A DNA stretch of 54,938 bases from Patescibacteria group bacterium (GTDB lineage: Bacteria; Patescibacteriota; Minisyncoccia; Phycocordibacterales; UBA918), in NCBI GenBank assembly GCA_039188945.1, contig JBCCYW010000005.1, forward strand, positions 1 to 54,938, given 5' to 3'. Under the pieces are notes generated by a model, which made no database searches, was not told where the DNA came from, and saw only the letters and a program-made list of their open reading frames with translations. Shown in pieces: positions 9,401-17,705 of the stretch. Positions within the stretch are counted from its first letter, which is position 1. Each line of letters opens with the position of its first letter. A program made the translations under genes and the position numbers.

Positions 9401-9439
9401 AAAATACATACAAAATGCCCGTCGGAGTTCGACGGGCAT
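9401..9439 (-). terminator. intrinsic terminator after ORF 9449..9865
   Basis: Minus strand reads ATGCCCGTCGA-ACTC-CGACGGGCAT followed by TTTGTATGTATTTT. Confidence 0.6.
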
Positions 9440-9448
9440 CGTATTTGA

Positions 9449-9865
9449 TCAATGTGATGCACTGCTACCACTATGGGTAGCACCATCCTGAAGACCTCCA
9501 AAAGGACCAACTTGACTTACATCAACTTCAACCGATTCAAAACTACCATCCCTTAGAGTGCTAGTTGAGATGATTTTTGCATCAGTTGGAATTGGTAGAT
9601 GTTCTGTGCCCCGAGGCAACATAAAGTCGACTGTCCACCGCTCACCTTGAACCAAGCCAAGATCGGCTTTAAAGGTGTAGCCTCTGAAAATCCCAACGAC
9701 TGCAACTTTACCTCGAGTAACATGACCCTCACAGAGACGGTGAGAGAAATTCGCGACCGGATTGCTTTCATCAAGTAAGATCCTGGCTGCTATTTTCCTT
9801 AGGACCAGAAGTTGTTCTGGAGTTACTGGTTGCGTTGTCCAATTAAGACTGATTACAGACCACAT
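9449..9865 (-). CDS. hypothetical protein (138 aa)
   Basis: ATG with AAGGAG SD 9 nt upstream. No family recognised. Confidence 0.6.
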   Translation of the reverse strand: MWSVISLNWTTQPVTPEQLLVLRKIAARILLDESNPVANFSHRLCEGHVTRGKVAVVGIFRGYTFKADLGLVQGERWTVDFMLPRGTEHLPIPTDAKIISTSTLRDGSFESVEVDVSQVGPFGGLQDGATHSGSSASH

Positions 9866-9924
9866 TCATGTATCTCCTTTTGCTTAGACCATAGCTACCT
9901 TAGCTGAAATCGCAAGGAAATCAA

Positions 9925-11013
9925 CTATTCGATTCTGGTTATGAGTTCTCCAACCGATTCGGTTGAATCAACTTCGAAATGCTCACGCCCTAACACCTGG
10001 CCCCGTTCGGTCTCTACGCTACACCGCCAATCGCCATCCCGGAAATTCTGCACTAACGTATATCCGCGATATCCTCCGTCGCTTCCGCCAGAAATTGGAT
10101 AAGACGCCCGGAAATGTTCCTGCCAATCGCCATTATCATCTTGATACTCCCAGGTATGAAAAATGTCGGTCTCTAAACGAGTTGGCGCAAACACCTTCGC
10201 AAAGCAAAAGACTGCGCCGCCAGGAGTTGGATGAAACGTATCATCTGAATCTTTAAAGAATTCCCACCAAGCTCCCTTTTCGTACTTCAGTTGGTAGTCA
10301 CCATTTTCAAATCGCACTACTGAGTGATAAATACCCACTTCTTTCAGCGAGAGCGGGATCGGTGGGATGATGTTTGCAAAGTAGAGAAAATTCATCCCGA
10401 AGAAAATCGCCCCCAGCGTGAAGACAATTGATTTCATCTGAAGCTCCATAAACTTCGGTACAATCCGATACAAGAGCTGTACAAACAGATACATCACCAC
10501 AAGAGCCAGCACCCCACTACCAACAAACACCCACGGTCCCATGTAGCCAGTAAAGACGGGGATGACCAGCACAATATATGAAATAAGGCCAATAAAGAGA
10601 ATCGCCAAGTTGTAGATGAGGCGAGACGCTCGGTCGCGCAGGGTTTCATTAAAATAAATGACCGCTAAAATCATGAGGAGGAACGGCCAGCTCACCAACC
10701 AATCACCACTTCGACCGTAGAAAATCAACATCCCGGAAAGCAAGCCTCCAAACGAGAATTGGACTAAGAGAGGCGCATAGAAGCGCACTTTTTCGTTGTA
10801 CCGCTCAGGCAATTGCCCAGCCGTTGTGGCATACAACAGCAGTAGCGAAGCCATGGCTAGCACCACGTACGTAGCCAAAATGACATTATCAAACAACTGG
10901 TCAACCCGATTGAGCGTAATGTTATCGACCACAAACCCCGCAAAAAAAGCCATGGTCAGCCAGTAGCGGCGCACCACTCTTGGAACGGGAAAATTTTGCA
11001 GTCGCGAGATCAT
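9925..11013 (-). CDS. multi-pass membrane protein with C-terminal DUF2914-like domain
   Basis: About 7 hydrophobic helices, then FCFAKVFAPTRLETDIFHTWEYQDDNGDWQ...GGYRGYTLVQNFRDGDWRCSVETERGQVLGREHFEV. This matches my recollection of the DUF2914 pattern. Confidence 0.7.
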   Translation of the reverse strand: MISRLQNFPVPRVVRRYWLTMAFFAGFVVDNITLNRVDQLFDNVILATYVVLAMASLLLLYATTAGQLPERYNEKVRFYAPLLVQFSFGGLLSGMLIFYGRSGDWLVSWPFLLMILAVIYFNETLRDRASRLIYNLAILFIGLISYIVLVIPVFTGYMGPWVFVGSGVLALVVMYLFVQLLYRIVPKFMELQMKSIVFTLGAIFFGMNFLYFANIIPPIPLSLKEVGIYHSVVRFENGDYQLKYEKGAWWEFFKDSDDTFHPTPGGAVFCFAKVFAPTRLETDIFHTWEYQDDNGDWQEHFRASYPISGGSDGGYRGYTLVQNFRDGDWRCSVETERGQVLGREHFEVDSTESVGELITRIE

Positions 11014-11044
11014 GCGTTGTATTGTATCGAACTAAGCGAAAAAG

Positions 11045-11079
11045 AGGAAAATAAAAAGTCCCGCGGAAAAATGCGGGAC
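11045..11079 (-). terminator. intrinsic terminator downstream of glyA (stem also usable on plus strand)
   Basis: Stem GTCCCGC/GCGGGAC at 11058-11064 and 11073-11079. The minus strand follows with TTTTTATTTTCC. Confidence 0.6.
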
Positions 11080-11212
11080 GTGCTTTTTTATCCCCGAGGT
11101 CTAAGGGAAACACGTCCCTAAGTTATTGGGGGCAGGTTTCTCATGGGTAGGTGAGAAACCAGTCGAGCAGACAAAAATAATATCAATTTATAATACAAAT
11201 GCAACCATTATT

Positions 11213-12481
11213 TTAGACAAACTTCTCTGGCACTGGGAAGGCTTCACAGAGTGCTTGTACTTCCTTCTGCAACTCAGCTTTCTTGGCCACATCATCTTTC
11301 GCTTTCATCGCTGCAATCATAATTTCAGCGAGCTTGGTGGCTTCCGCTTCTTTCATACCGCGCGTGGTCATCGCTGGCGTACCAAAGCGAATCCCGGATG
11401 GATCCATGGCCTTGCGTGGATCATCAGCAATCATATTTTTATTAAGGGTAATACCGACTTCATCCAGCACATCCTCAGCTTCCTGCCCGGTAATACCCAG
11501 TGAACCAAATACGTCAGCCAATAATAAGTGGTTGTCAGTGCCACCCCCCATCAAGCGTATGTCAGCGTCTTTAAACACAGTCTCCATCGCTTTAGCATTC
11601 TTCAAAATTTGTTCGGCATAACTCTTAAATGTTGGATCAAGTGCCTCACCAAAAGCGACCGCCTTGGCCGCTACAATATGCATATGCGGACCACCCTGCA
11701 TGCCTGGGAAGACGGCTTTGTTAATTTTCTTCGCAATCTCTTCATCTTCACGTATCACAATCATCCCACCGCGTGGACCACGCAGTGACTTATGGGTGGT
11801 CATGGTCATCACATCAAACCCGTAATCAAATGGATTCTTCAGCACACCCGCCGCAATCAAGCCGGTGATGTGCGCGATATCTGCCACGGTGTAGGCACCG
11901 ACCTCATCAGCAATCGCTTTCATCTTCTCGTAATCAAGCTCACGGCTGTAGGCCGAGAAGCCGGCCAAAACAATTTTTGGCTTATGCTCCAGTGCCATCT
12001 CCCGCATCTCGTCGTAATCAATCTCACCAGTATCAACATCCTTCATCTTGTAACGAACAAAGTTGAAGACTTTGTTAATTTCAGTGGTTGGGTGTCCATG
12101 GGTGAGGTGCCCACCATGCGAAAGATCCATCCCAAGTACCGTATCACCCGGCTCCATGAGGGCAAAGTACATCGCCACATTCGCAGCTGCGCCACCAAGT
12201 GGTTGAACATTGGCGTACTTAGCCTTGAAGAGCGTACAAGCTCGCTTGATCGCAATCGTCTCCATCGCGTCGGTAAATTGCTGCCCACCATAGTAGCGTT
12301 TGCCAGGGTAGCCTTCAGAGTATTTGTTCGTGAACACCGAGCCCGCTGCTTCGCGCACCGCCATTGAGGCGTAGTTCTCGCTCGGAATGAGCTCCACCCC
12401 TTTGCGTTCCCGCTCCTCTTCCCCCACGAGGGTAGCGTAAATATCTTGGTCTTGATCTTTGATGTAGTTGTATTCGTGCAT
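11213..12481 (-). CDS. glyA: serine hydroxymethyltransferase
   Basis: 422 aa with ELIPSENYAS, KYSEGYPGKRYYGG and TTHKSLRGPRGG (PLP-lysine block). Confidence 0.95.
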   Translation of the reverse strand: MHEYNYIKDQDQDIYATLVGEEERERKGVELIPSENYASMAVREAAGSVFTNKYSEGYPGKRYYGGQQFTDAMETIAIKRACTLFKAKYANVQPLGGAAANVAMYFALMEPGDTVLGMDLSHGGHLTHGHPTTEINKVFNFVRYKMKDVDTGEIDYDEMREMALEHKPKIVLAGFSAYSRELDYEKMKAIADEVGAYTVADIAHITGLIAAGVLKNPFDYGFDVMTMTTHKSLRGPRGGMIVIREDEEIAKKINKAVFPGMQGGPHMHIVAAKAVAFGEALDPTFKSYAEQILKNAKAMETVFKDADIRLMGGGTDNHLLLADVFGSLGITGQEAEDVLDEVGITLNKNMIADDPRKAMDPSGIRFGTPAMTTRGMKEAEATKLAEIMIAAMKAKDDVAKKAELQKEVQALCEAFPVPEKFV

Positions 12482-12549
12482 GCTAAAAACATTAGTTGAG
12501 TAATCTTCGGTTTTTATAGTGCTACAACATACAGAAACTAACTGGTTAC

Positions 12550-13536
12550 CTACTCCTCTGCTTCATCCTCATCCTTCTGGTGAATTTTTTTATTAAAGCC
12601 GCCCACAACCGCTAGGTCGGCCTTGATGGTGGCATGTGAGTCGTAATTATTCAGCGTTACATGCTCTGGCTTGAAGTTATCGATAGAGGTAACCGCATCA
12701 TCGATAGTGACGGTCGGGAATGGTAGCGGGTCGCGAGAAAGTTGTTCCTTCGCCTGATCAATGTGATTTTCATAAATGTGCACATCTCCAAAAGTATGAA
12801 TAAACTCACCTGCTTCATAGCCAGTAATCTTGGCCAAGACTTCGGTCAGGAGCGCATAACTAGCGATGTTGAACGGCACTCCCAAAAAGATGTCAGCTGA
12901 TCGTTGGTAGAGCTGCAGACACAATTTCCCGTCCTTAATATTCAGCTGATACATGTTATGACAAATCGGAAAACGACAGGCTTCTCCTGGCTTGGCCATA
13001 GCGTAGAGATACTCAGGATTCCAACTGTTCACGATAGCGTTATGACAACTCGGATCGTTCTTCACCTCATCAACCACCCACTGCAACTGGTCTACCCCAC
13101 CACCATCTCGACGCGGCCAGTTACGCCACATCTCGCCATAAATACGCGGCAGTTCTCCGTGTTGTTTAGCGTACGCATCGTCAGAAGCAATCTTTTCAAT
13201 AAACTCTTCTTTGGTCAGTTCTGGCCAACCTTCTGCTTCGCGCTTGTCGTTGTAAATACGAAATGGGTAGTCATCCCAAATATGTACATTATTGTCGACC
13301 AGGTATTTGATATTCGTGTGACCAGCCATAAACCAATACAGCTCCTGCAATACACCGTTCCAATAGACTTTTTTCGTTGTTAAAAGCGGTAGGCCTTCAG
13401 ACAGATCAAACCGCATTTGCTTACCAAACAAACTGTAGGTCACATCGCCAGTATCAGCGTCGGCCTGTTTGTCTCCACTATCAAGGAGTTCTTGCATCAA
13501 ATCGAGGTATTGGTATTCAGGGTGTTTTTGTGACAT
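12550..13536 (-). CDS. thyA: thymidylate synthase (ThyA, long form with small-domain insert)
   Basis: YQYLDLMQELL, LLTTKKVYWNGVLQELYWFMAG, active-site CHNMYQL, LYQRSADIFLGVPFNIASYALL. Start set at the ATG at 13536 (MSQKHPEYQYLDL), 1 nt after the dcd stop. Track start 13602 would overlap dcd by 65 nt. Confidence 0.9.
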   Translation of the reverse strand: MSQKHPEYQYLDLMQELLDSGDKQADADTGDVTYSLFGKQMRFDLSEGLPLLTTKKVYWNGVLQELYWFMAGHTNIKYLVDNNVHIWDDYPFRIYNDKREAEGWPELTKEEFIEKIASDDAYAKQHGELPRIYGEMWRNWPRRDGGGVDQLQWVVDEVKNDPSCHNAIVNSWNPEYLYAMAKPGEACRFPICHNMYQLNIKDGKLCLQLYQRSADIFLGVPFNIASYALLTEVLAKITGYEAGEFIHTFGDVHIYENHIDQAKEQLSRDPLPFPTVTIDDAVTSIDNFKPEHVTLNNYDSHATIKADLAVVGGFNKKIHQKDEDEAEE

Positions 13537-13537
13537 G

Positions 13538-14086
13538 TTATTTTTTCTTAGCTTCAGTAAAATGTTGTGAATTGTCGCTATCGTAGCGACCAACCTCTTC
13601 ATAACTCTGTGCTGTCTTGCTACTTAGTTTACCAAAAATAAGCTGGGCAATTTCCATACCTGGTCTGAGAATAATGGGGATATTACTGCTATTAACGAGC
13701 TCGAAAGTCGGGTAAAACTTATGGCCTGGATTAAACAGCATAGCGGTGTTATGAACCACGAGCCCTACTCGAGCCAGGCTGCTCTTCCCCGAAAGTAGAA
13801 TAAGGTGCTCGTTATCAACACCAATAAATTCTTTTTGCTTGCCTAAGACATTTTCTCCTGGGTGTAGCACGAACGTATCGCCATCAGCTACTTCAATCTT
13901 GCGGGTCTTGGGATAAATTTTCTTGGCTGGATCTGAGGCTTCAAGTTGATGCCGATCAACTATCTCGAACTCATTGCCAAGGGTGACATCATAGCTAGCA
14001 ACTTGTAGTCGCGATTCGTCAAAGGGCTTGATAATAATTGCCCCACTTTCAACTCCTGTTTTGATATCAGTATCGGAAAGAAACAT
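13538..14086 (-). CDS. dcd: dCTP deaminase / dUTPase-superfamily protein
   Basis: MFLSDTDIKTGVESGAIIIKPFDESRLQVASYDVTLG is a typical Dcd N-terminus. The ATG at 14086 lies 1 nt after the upstream stop, whereas track start 14101 is a TTG. Confidence 0.85.
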   Translation of the reverse strand: MFLSDTDIKTGVESGAIIIKPFDESRLQVASYDVTLGNEFEIVDRHQLEASDPAKKIYPKTRKIEVADGDTFVLHPGENVLGKQKEFIGVDNEHLILLSGKSSLARVGLVVHNTAMLFNPGHKFYPTFELVNSSNIPIILRPGMEIAQLIFGKLSSKTAQSYEEVGRYDSDNSQHFTEAKKK

Positions 14087-14087
14087 A

Positions 14088-14762
14088 CTATTCGATGACA
14101 AAGGTTTTTTCGGTGCCGTAATAATCTGACCAGTTCTTATTATAGTGCTCGAACATTCTTGCCAAGCGATCCTGTGGTAGCTCGAGCGCTCCCACTTCGG
14201 CCATTAGTGACTCAATTTCTTTGCGCACTTCTTGTACATCAGTTCCGTCTGGGACCACCTTCTCAAACTCAGCTAAGTAACCGTAGCCAGCATTGCGATC
14301 GATACACACGTTGCTGTTTTTGTAGACATACTCTTCCCGCTCACGTGACCACTTGGCTTGGTATTGATAACCAGCCGAGCGCACCAGCGCATCGAGATCA
14401 TCAAGACCAATGCAAGCAGGCTCCTCAAACTCAAGACGAGAAACTGTATTCGCGCTGTCACCTTCATCAATCGATGCTTTCACCACCAACAACACTTCTT
14501 CATCTTTCTGACGAGTTCGTACTGAAAAGTCACTTCCCTTATCGGTGATCTTTTTAAATTTTTCGTGCTGCTCACCCTTAAAGAGGTGTTCGGTTTTTTC
14601 GTATAGTTTGTAAATATCGCCACCCTCAAAATAATGATTAAGTTGCTTATTACTGGCAACACAGGCGCACTCTGGGTCGAGTGAACACATCTTGTCTTTT
14701 AACTTATCTGCGTTCGCTTTTTCGCCTAAGAGGCTTTTAATTTCAACTTCTACATGAGCCAT
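14088..14762 (-). CDS. CYTH-domain protein (triphosphate tunnel metalloenzyme / CyaB-like)
   Basis: N-terminal ExExK signature (MAHVEVEIKSLL) and length and acidic/basic pattern typical of CYTH. First gene of the CYTH-dcd-thyA run, with 1-nt spacers between the genes. Confidence 0.7.
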   Translation of the reverse strand: MAHVEVEIKSLLGEKANADKLKDKMCSLDPECACVASNKQLNHYFEGGDIYKLYEKTEHLFKGEQHEKFKKITDKGSDFSVRTRQKDEEVLLVVKASIDEGDSANTVSRLEFEEPACIGLDDLDALVRSAGYQYQAKWSREREEYVYKNSNVCIDRNAGYGYLAEFEKVVPDGTDVQEVRKEIESLMAEVGALELPQDRLARMFEHYNKNWSDYYGTEKTFVIE

Positions 14763-14836
14763 AGTGGCTTCATTATACTAAGTGAGAATTGAGAGACCAA
14801 AAGACAGCTCATAAGAGATGTGTCATAATCGGCCCC

Positions 14837-15349
14837 ATGCAAACCCCTACTGCACCTATAGTGATTGTGGCCGCTATGGCGAAAGGTTCACGAGCGATTG
14901 GCAAAGACAATCGGTTGTTATGGCATATTCCGGAAGACCTCAAGCGCTTCAAGCAACTTACCTTAGGACACCCAATTATCATGGGTCGAAAGACGTTTGA
15001 ATCAATTATTAGTATTTTGGGCAAGCCATTGCCTGGTAGGACCAATATTATTCTCACGAGAGACCAATCGTTCTCGTTCCCAGGCACACAAACCGCCAAC
15101 ACGCTCGAGTCAGCCTTCGCTCTTGCAAGCCACGAAGAACCAGATGAGATTCATATCGGTGGTGGTGCGGAACTATACAAACAGAGCCTCCCGTACGTGG
15201 AGAGAATTCACCTCACCGTCGTCGACGATGATGTTAAAGGAGATACGTTCTTTCCAGAATTTGAAGAAAGTTTCCAACTAAACCGAAAACATCTGATACA
15301 GACGTACAACAATGTGACTTACCAATGGTTAGATTTTGTTCGAAAATAA
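14837..15349 (+). CDS. folA: dihydrofolate reductase
   Basis: IVIVAAMAKGSRAIGKDNRLLWHIPEDLKRFKQLTLGHPIIMGRKTFESI. Start set at the ATG at 14837, because track start 14789 is a TTG. Confidence 0.9.
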   Translation: MQTPTAPIVIVAAMAKGSRAIGKDNRLLWHIPEDLKRFKQLTLGHPIIMGRKTFESIISILGKPLPGRTNIILTRDQSFSFPGTQTANTLESAFALASHEEPDEIHIGGGAELYKQSLPYVERIHLTVVDDDVKGDTFFPEFEESFQLNRKHLIQTYNNVTYQWLDFVRK

Positions 15350-15402
15350 AAGCAGCGCCTCCCCTTGGGAGACGCCTTGCAGTACAAACACGATCTCTAG
15401 TG

Positions 15403-16110
15403 TTATCCCTGCCAGTTGACCAGTTCGATACAAAATTTCCGTAAAGGAAGCCACACCGCTTCCATGTCTGGAAGCTGTTTTGTTAATGCATCGATTGGCC
15501 TTACTTGTCTATCTAGAACGCTGGTAAGCATATCTTCTTCATCATTTCTCACTCCAAGCAAGTGGCCCTGAAAAGCAGAGAACACGTAGTCCAAGCGCTG
15601 CACGAAATCAAAAATACGGTGCTCATCATTTTTTTCTTGCTGAAGCAACCGTATTATTTTTTGTGCACCATCTGGAAATGCTCCAACTTGCTCATCACTA
15701 CAGGAACAAAACTGTAGCAGAAATGCGTGATACATTTTCTCCCGCAACTTGCGTGGATGAGAGTTCGGAACATGTTGCTTTGAATCACAAAAAGCTACCC
15801 ATTCCAGCACATCTTTCTCCACTGTCTTCTTGTCGTAGATGACGTCGCCCCCGGTTAGTGGTTCTCCGTGGTCATGGTACATGGCCGCCCGAAGGAGTAG
15901 CACTTCATCTATTGGCCAACGATAAAATCCAATCACTCTGTCACATAAGACAACGATAGAATTAGTGTGATCGCCAAGATTTTGTCTATACGCTGGAAAG
16001 TTTGACCAACGAGGTGTATCTCGCATGTCCGCTTGGACCATCTGCCAGTCACGGAAACTGGAATGAAGGATCGGGACGTGACTGAAGTTAATTTTGAGCT
16101 CGTGAATCAT
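15403..16110 (-). CDS. HD-domain phosphohydrolase, YfbR-like 5'-deoxynucleotidase candidate
   Basis: RWSNFPAYRQNLGDHTNSIVVL ... LLLRAAMYHDHGEPLTGGDV parallels the E. coli YfbR blocks (RWPL..ENVSEHS.. and MYHDASEVLTGD). AGAGGAG SD upstream. Confidence 0.65.
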   Translation of the reverse strand: MIHELKINFSHVPILHSSFRDWQMVQADMRDTPRWSNFPAYRQNLGDHTNSIVVLCDRVIGFYRWPIDEVLLLRAAMYHDHGEPLTGGDVIYDKKTVEKDVLEWVAFCDSKQHVPNSHPRKLREKMYHAFLLQFCSCSDEQVGAFPDGAQKIIRLLQQEKNDEHRIFDFVQRLDYVFSAFQGHLLGVRNDEEDMLTSVLDRQVRPIDALTKQLPDMEAVWLPLRKFCIELVNWQG

Positions 16111-16164
16111 TTCTCTCTCCTCTTGGAACTCTTCAACTGTAAAGTGTTATAGCAAAGTATGTAA

Positions 16165-16203
16165 TGAATGAAAAGACAAAAGAAAAGCCGGTTACACACC
16201 GGC
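16165..16203 (-). terminator. intrinsic terminator downstream of rplK
   Basis: Minus strand reads GCCGGT-GTGTA-ACCGGC followed by TTTTCTTTTGTCTTTTC. Confidence 0.65.
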
Positions 16204-16223
16204 CAATCTTTTATATGTATCGT

Positions 16224-16336
16224 CTAGTCACTCACGTGTATCTCTTACAGAGACTGTATACCTTTTGGACAGATTCTTCCCTACGGTCGAATTTGCCTCA
16301 AAAGCTTTGTCCACGTTCGCTAGTCACTCACGTGTA
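16224..16336. repeat. exact 17-bp direct repeat CTAGTCACTCACGTGTA (16224-16240 and 16320-16336), 96-bp period
   Basis: Read directly from the sequence. The second copy covers the last codons and stop of rplK, and the first copy lies in the 3' UTR just before the terminator. Confidence 0.9.
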
Positions 16337-16745
16337 CACCCATTGATTTGCAAGTGCCTTCAATGATTTTCATTGCTTGCTCAACGTCGTTAGCTGAGAG
16401 GTCTTCCATCTTCGCTTCCGCGATTTCACGAATCTGCGCTTTGGTAATATCGCCTGCCTTTGAGACGAGGTTCTTACCTGAACCCTTTGGCTTACCAATT
16501 GCCTTCAAGATCATGCGTGAGGCTGGAGCTGTCTTACAAACAAAATCGAATGAACGATCATCGTAGACATTGATGATGGTTGGAACAATTTCTCCCATGC
16601 GGTCGCGAGTCTGCTCATTAAATTGATTTACAAACTCACCGATATTAATACCAGCCTGACCAAGTACTGGACCAAGTGGTGGAGCGGGCGTTGCCTTACC
16701 ACCTTCAGCCTGAACTTTTAGTGTTTTTACTAATTCTTTTGCCAC
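16320..16745 (-). CDS. rplK: 50S ribosomal protein L11 (uL11)
   Basis: (M)AKELVKTLKVQAEGGKATPAPPLGPVLGQAGINIGEFVNQFN... The start codon is GTG. Confidence 0.95.
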   Translation of the reverse strand: MAKELVKTLKVQAEGGKATPAPPLGPVLGQAGINIGEFVNQFNEQTRDRMGEIVPTIINVYDDRSFDFVCKTAPASRMILKAIGKPKGSGKNLVSKAGDITKAQIREIAEAKMEDLSANDVEQAMKIIEGTCKSMGVHVSD

Positions 16746-16836
16746 AGTATTTTCGTTATATTTGGTTATTACTTAGCCGATAACCTCGGCCTGAAACACG
16801 TGTTCCAAAGCCACGTATTTCGGTAGAAGCCTCGCT

Positions 16837-16865
16837 ACGATACAAAATAAATGTGATTTTGACAA
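16837..16865 (-). promoter_or_regulatory. candidate sigma70-type promoter for rplK
   Basis: Minus strand reads TTGTCA, a 17-nt spacer, then TATCGT. Its -35 overlaps back-to-back with the -35 of the plus-strand mini-gene promoter. Confidence 0.3.
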
Positions 16866-16886
16866 GTGCGTGTAGTTAGATATAGT
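16859..16886 (+). promoter_or_regulatory. candidate sigma70-type promoter of the Arg-rich mini-gene
   Basis: TTGACA (16859-16864), a 16-nt spacer, then TATAGT (16881-16886). Confidence 0.45.
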
Positions 16887-16915
16887 TCATAGTAGCAAAC
16901 AGGAGGTAACGGACG

Positions 16916-17011
16916 ATGCTAAATGAGCATTACAAATCTTCACGAAGATATTTTCAGAGACGGAAAAATATGCAGCGAAGAAGGTCTTTGCGAAGGCAAA
17001 GGCGAAAGTAG
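16916..17011 (+). CDS. candidate 31-aa arginine-rich peptide
   Basis: AGGAGG (16901-16906) lies 9 nt before the ATG. Translation: MLNEHYKSSRRYFQRRKNMQRRRSLRRQRRK*. A terminator follows 15 nt downstream. Below the ORF-track cutoff. Confidence 0.45.
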   Translation: MLNEHYKSSRRYFQRRKNMQRRRSLRRQRRK

Positions 17012-17025
17012 CTACTCTGTCATCG

Positions 17026-17062
17026 AAAAGCCGCCCGGTACAGGGCGGCTTTTTCATATTTT
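17026..17062. terminator. bidirectional intrinsic terminator (mini-gene on plus strand, nusG on minus strand)
   Basis: AAAAGCCGCCC-GGTACA-GGGCGGCTTTTTCATATTTTC. The stem is flanked by an A-run and a T-run. Confidence 0.65.
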
Positions 17063-17155
17063 CTTAATCATCATTCCTTACAGCTTCTTGGTCTAGCGAT
17101 GCGCTCTAGGAAATGAGCACGCAGAGACATAAAAATTGTATAGTCGTTACACTCC

Positions 17156-17701
17156 TTAAATCTTCTTAACCTGCAAGAAGTCGAGCTCAACCGGAGTCTC
17201 GCGACCAAACATTGAGACCATCACCTTCACCTTTCCGCTGGCTTCATCGATTTCGCCTACTTTGCCTTCTAGCTCCTTGAATGGACCATCGACGATCATC
17301 ACCAGATCATCTGGAGAGAGGTCAACTTTGTGCTTCACGGTTTCGTCAGTCATTTGCTTCATAAGCGCGTTGTATTCAGATTCAGAAAGCGGTACCGGTT
17401 GGGTTCCACTTCCCACGAAACCAGTTACCCGCGGGGTGTTACGTACGATGTACCATGATTCATCATCCACAATCATCTCAACCAAGACGTACCCCGGGTA
17501 GATGCGTTCCTCTTCGGTCACTCGCTTGCCACCTTTTACGCGGATTTTTTTCTCGGTTGGTACTACCACGTCGAAAATCTTATCCTGCATGTTGAGGGAG
17601 TCGATGCGTTGCTTTAGGTTACGCGCCACGGCGTTCTCATAACCAGAGTAGGTGTGAATCGCGTACCAATGGCGTTCACCAGTGCTTTGTTGCTTAGCCA
17701 T
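17156..17701 (-). CDS. nusG: transcription termination/antitermination factor NusG
   Basis: HWYAIHTYSGYENAVARNL (NGN domain) and a C-terminal KOW domain (VMIVDGPFKELEGKVGEID...VKVMVSMFGRETPVEL). Confidence 0.95.
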   Translation of the reverse strand: MAKQQSTGERHWYAIHTYSGYENAVARNLKQRIDSLNMQDKIFDVVVPTEKKIRVKGGKRVTEEERIYPGYVLVEMIVDDESWYIVRNTPRVTGFVGSGTQPVPLSESEYNALMKQMTDETVKHKVDLSPDDLVMIVDGPFKELEGKVGEIDEASGKVKVMVSMFGRETPVELDFLQVKKI

Positions 17702-17705
17702 AAGC

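Noticed and set aside
11792-12367. Long antisense ORFs inside well-supported genes (e.g. 11792..12367, 12904..13383, 32022..32552, 37549..38052, 48086..48514, 49352..49948)
   Set aside because: They lie fully within and opposite to genes with clear homology or repeat structure. Their Ser/Arg/Val-rich composition is typical of shadow frames.
13537-13602. 22-codon upstream extension of thyA (track start 13602)
   Set aside because: It would overlap dcd by 65 nt. The ThyA-like sequence begins at MSQKHPEYQYLDL (ATG at 13536), directly after the dcd stop.
14789-14836. TTG-initiated extension of folA (and likewise the TTG start 14101 for dcd)
   Set aside because: Both track starts are TTG codons. 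ATG codons at 14837 and 14086 give canonical N-termini and tight gene junctions.
15355-15375. Hairpin GCGCCTCCC-CTT-GGGAGACGC after folA as a terminator
   Set aside because: The stem has a mismatch and no U-tract on either strand. It may still aid termination between the convergent genes, but the support is weak.
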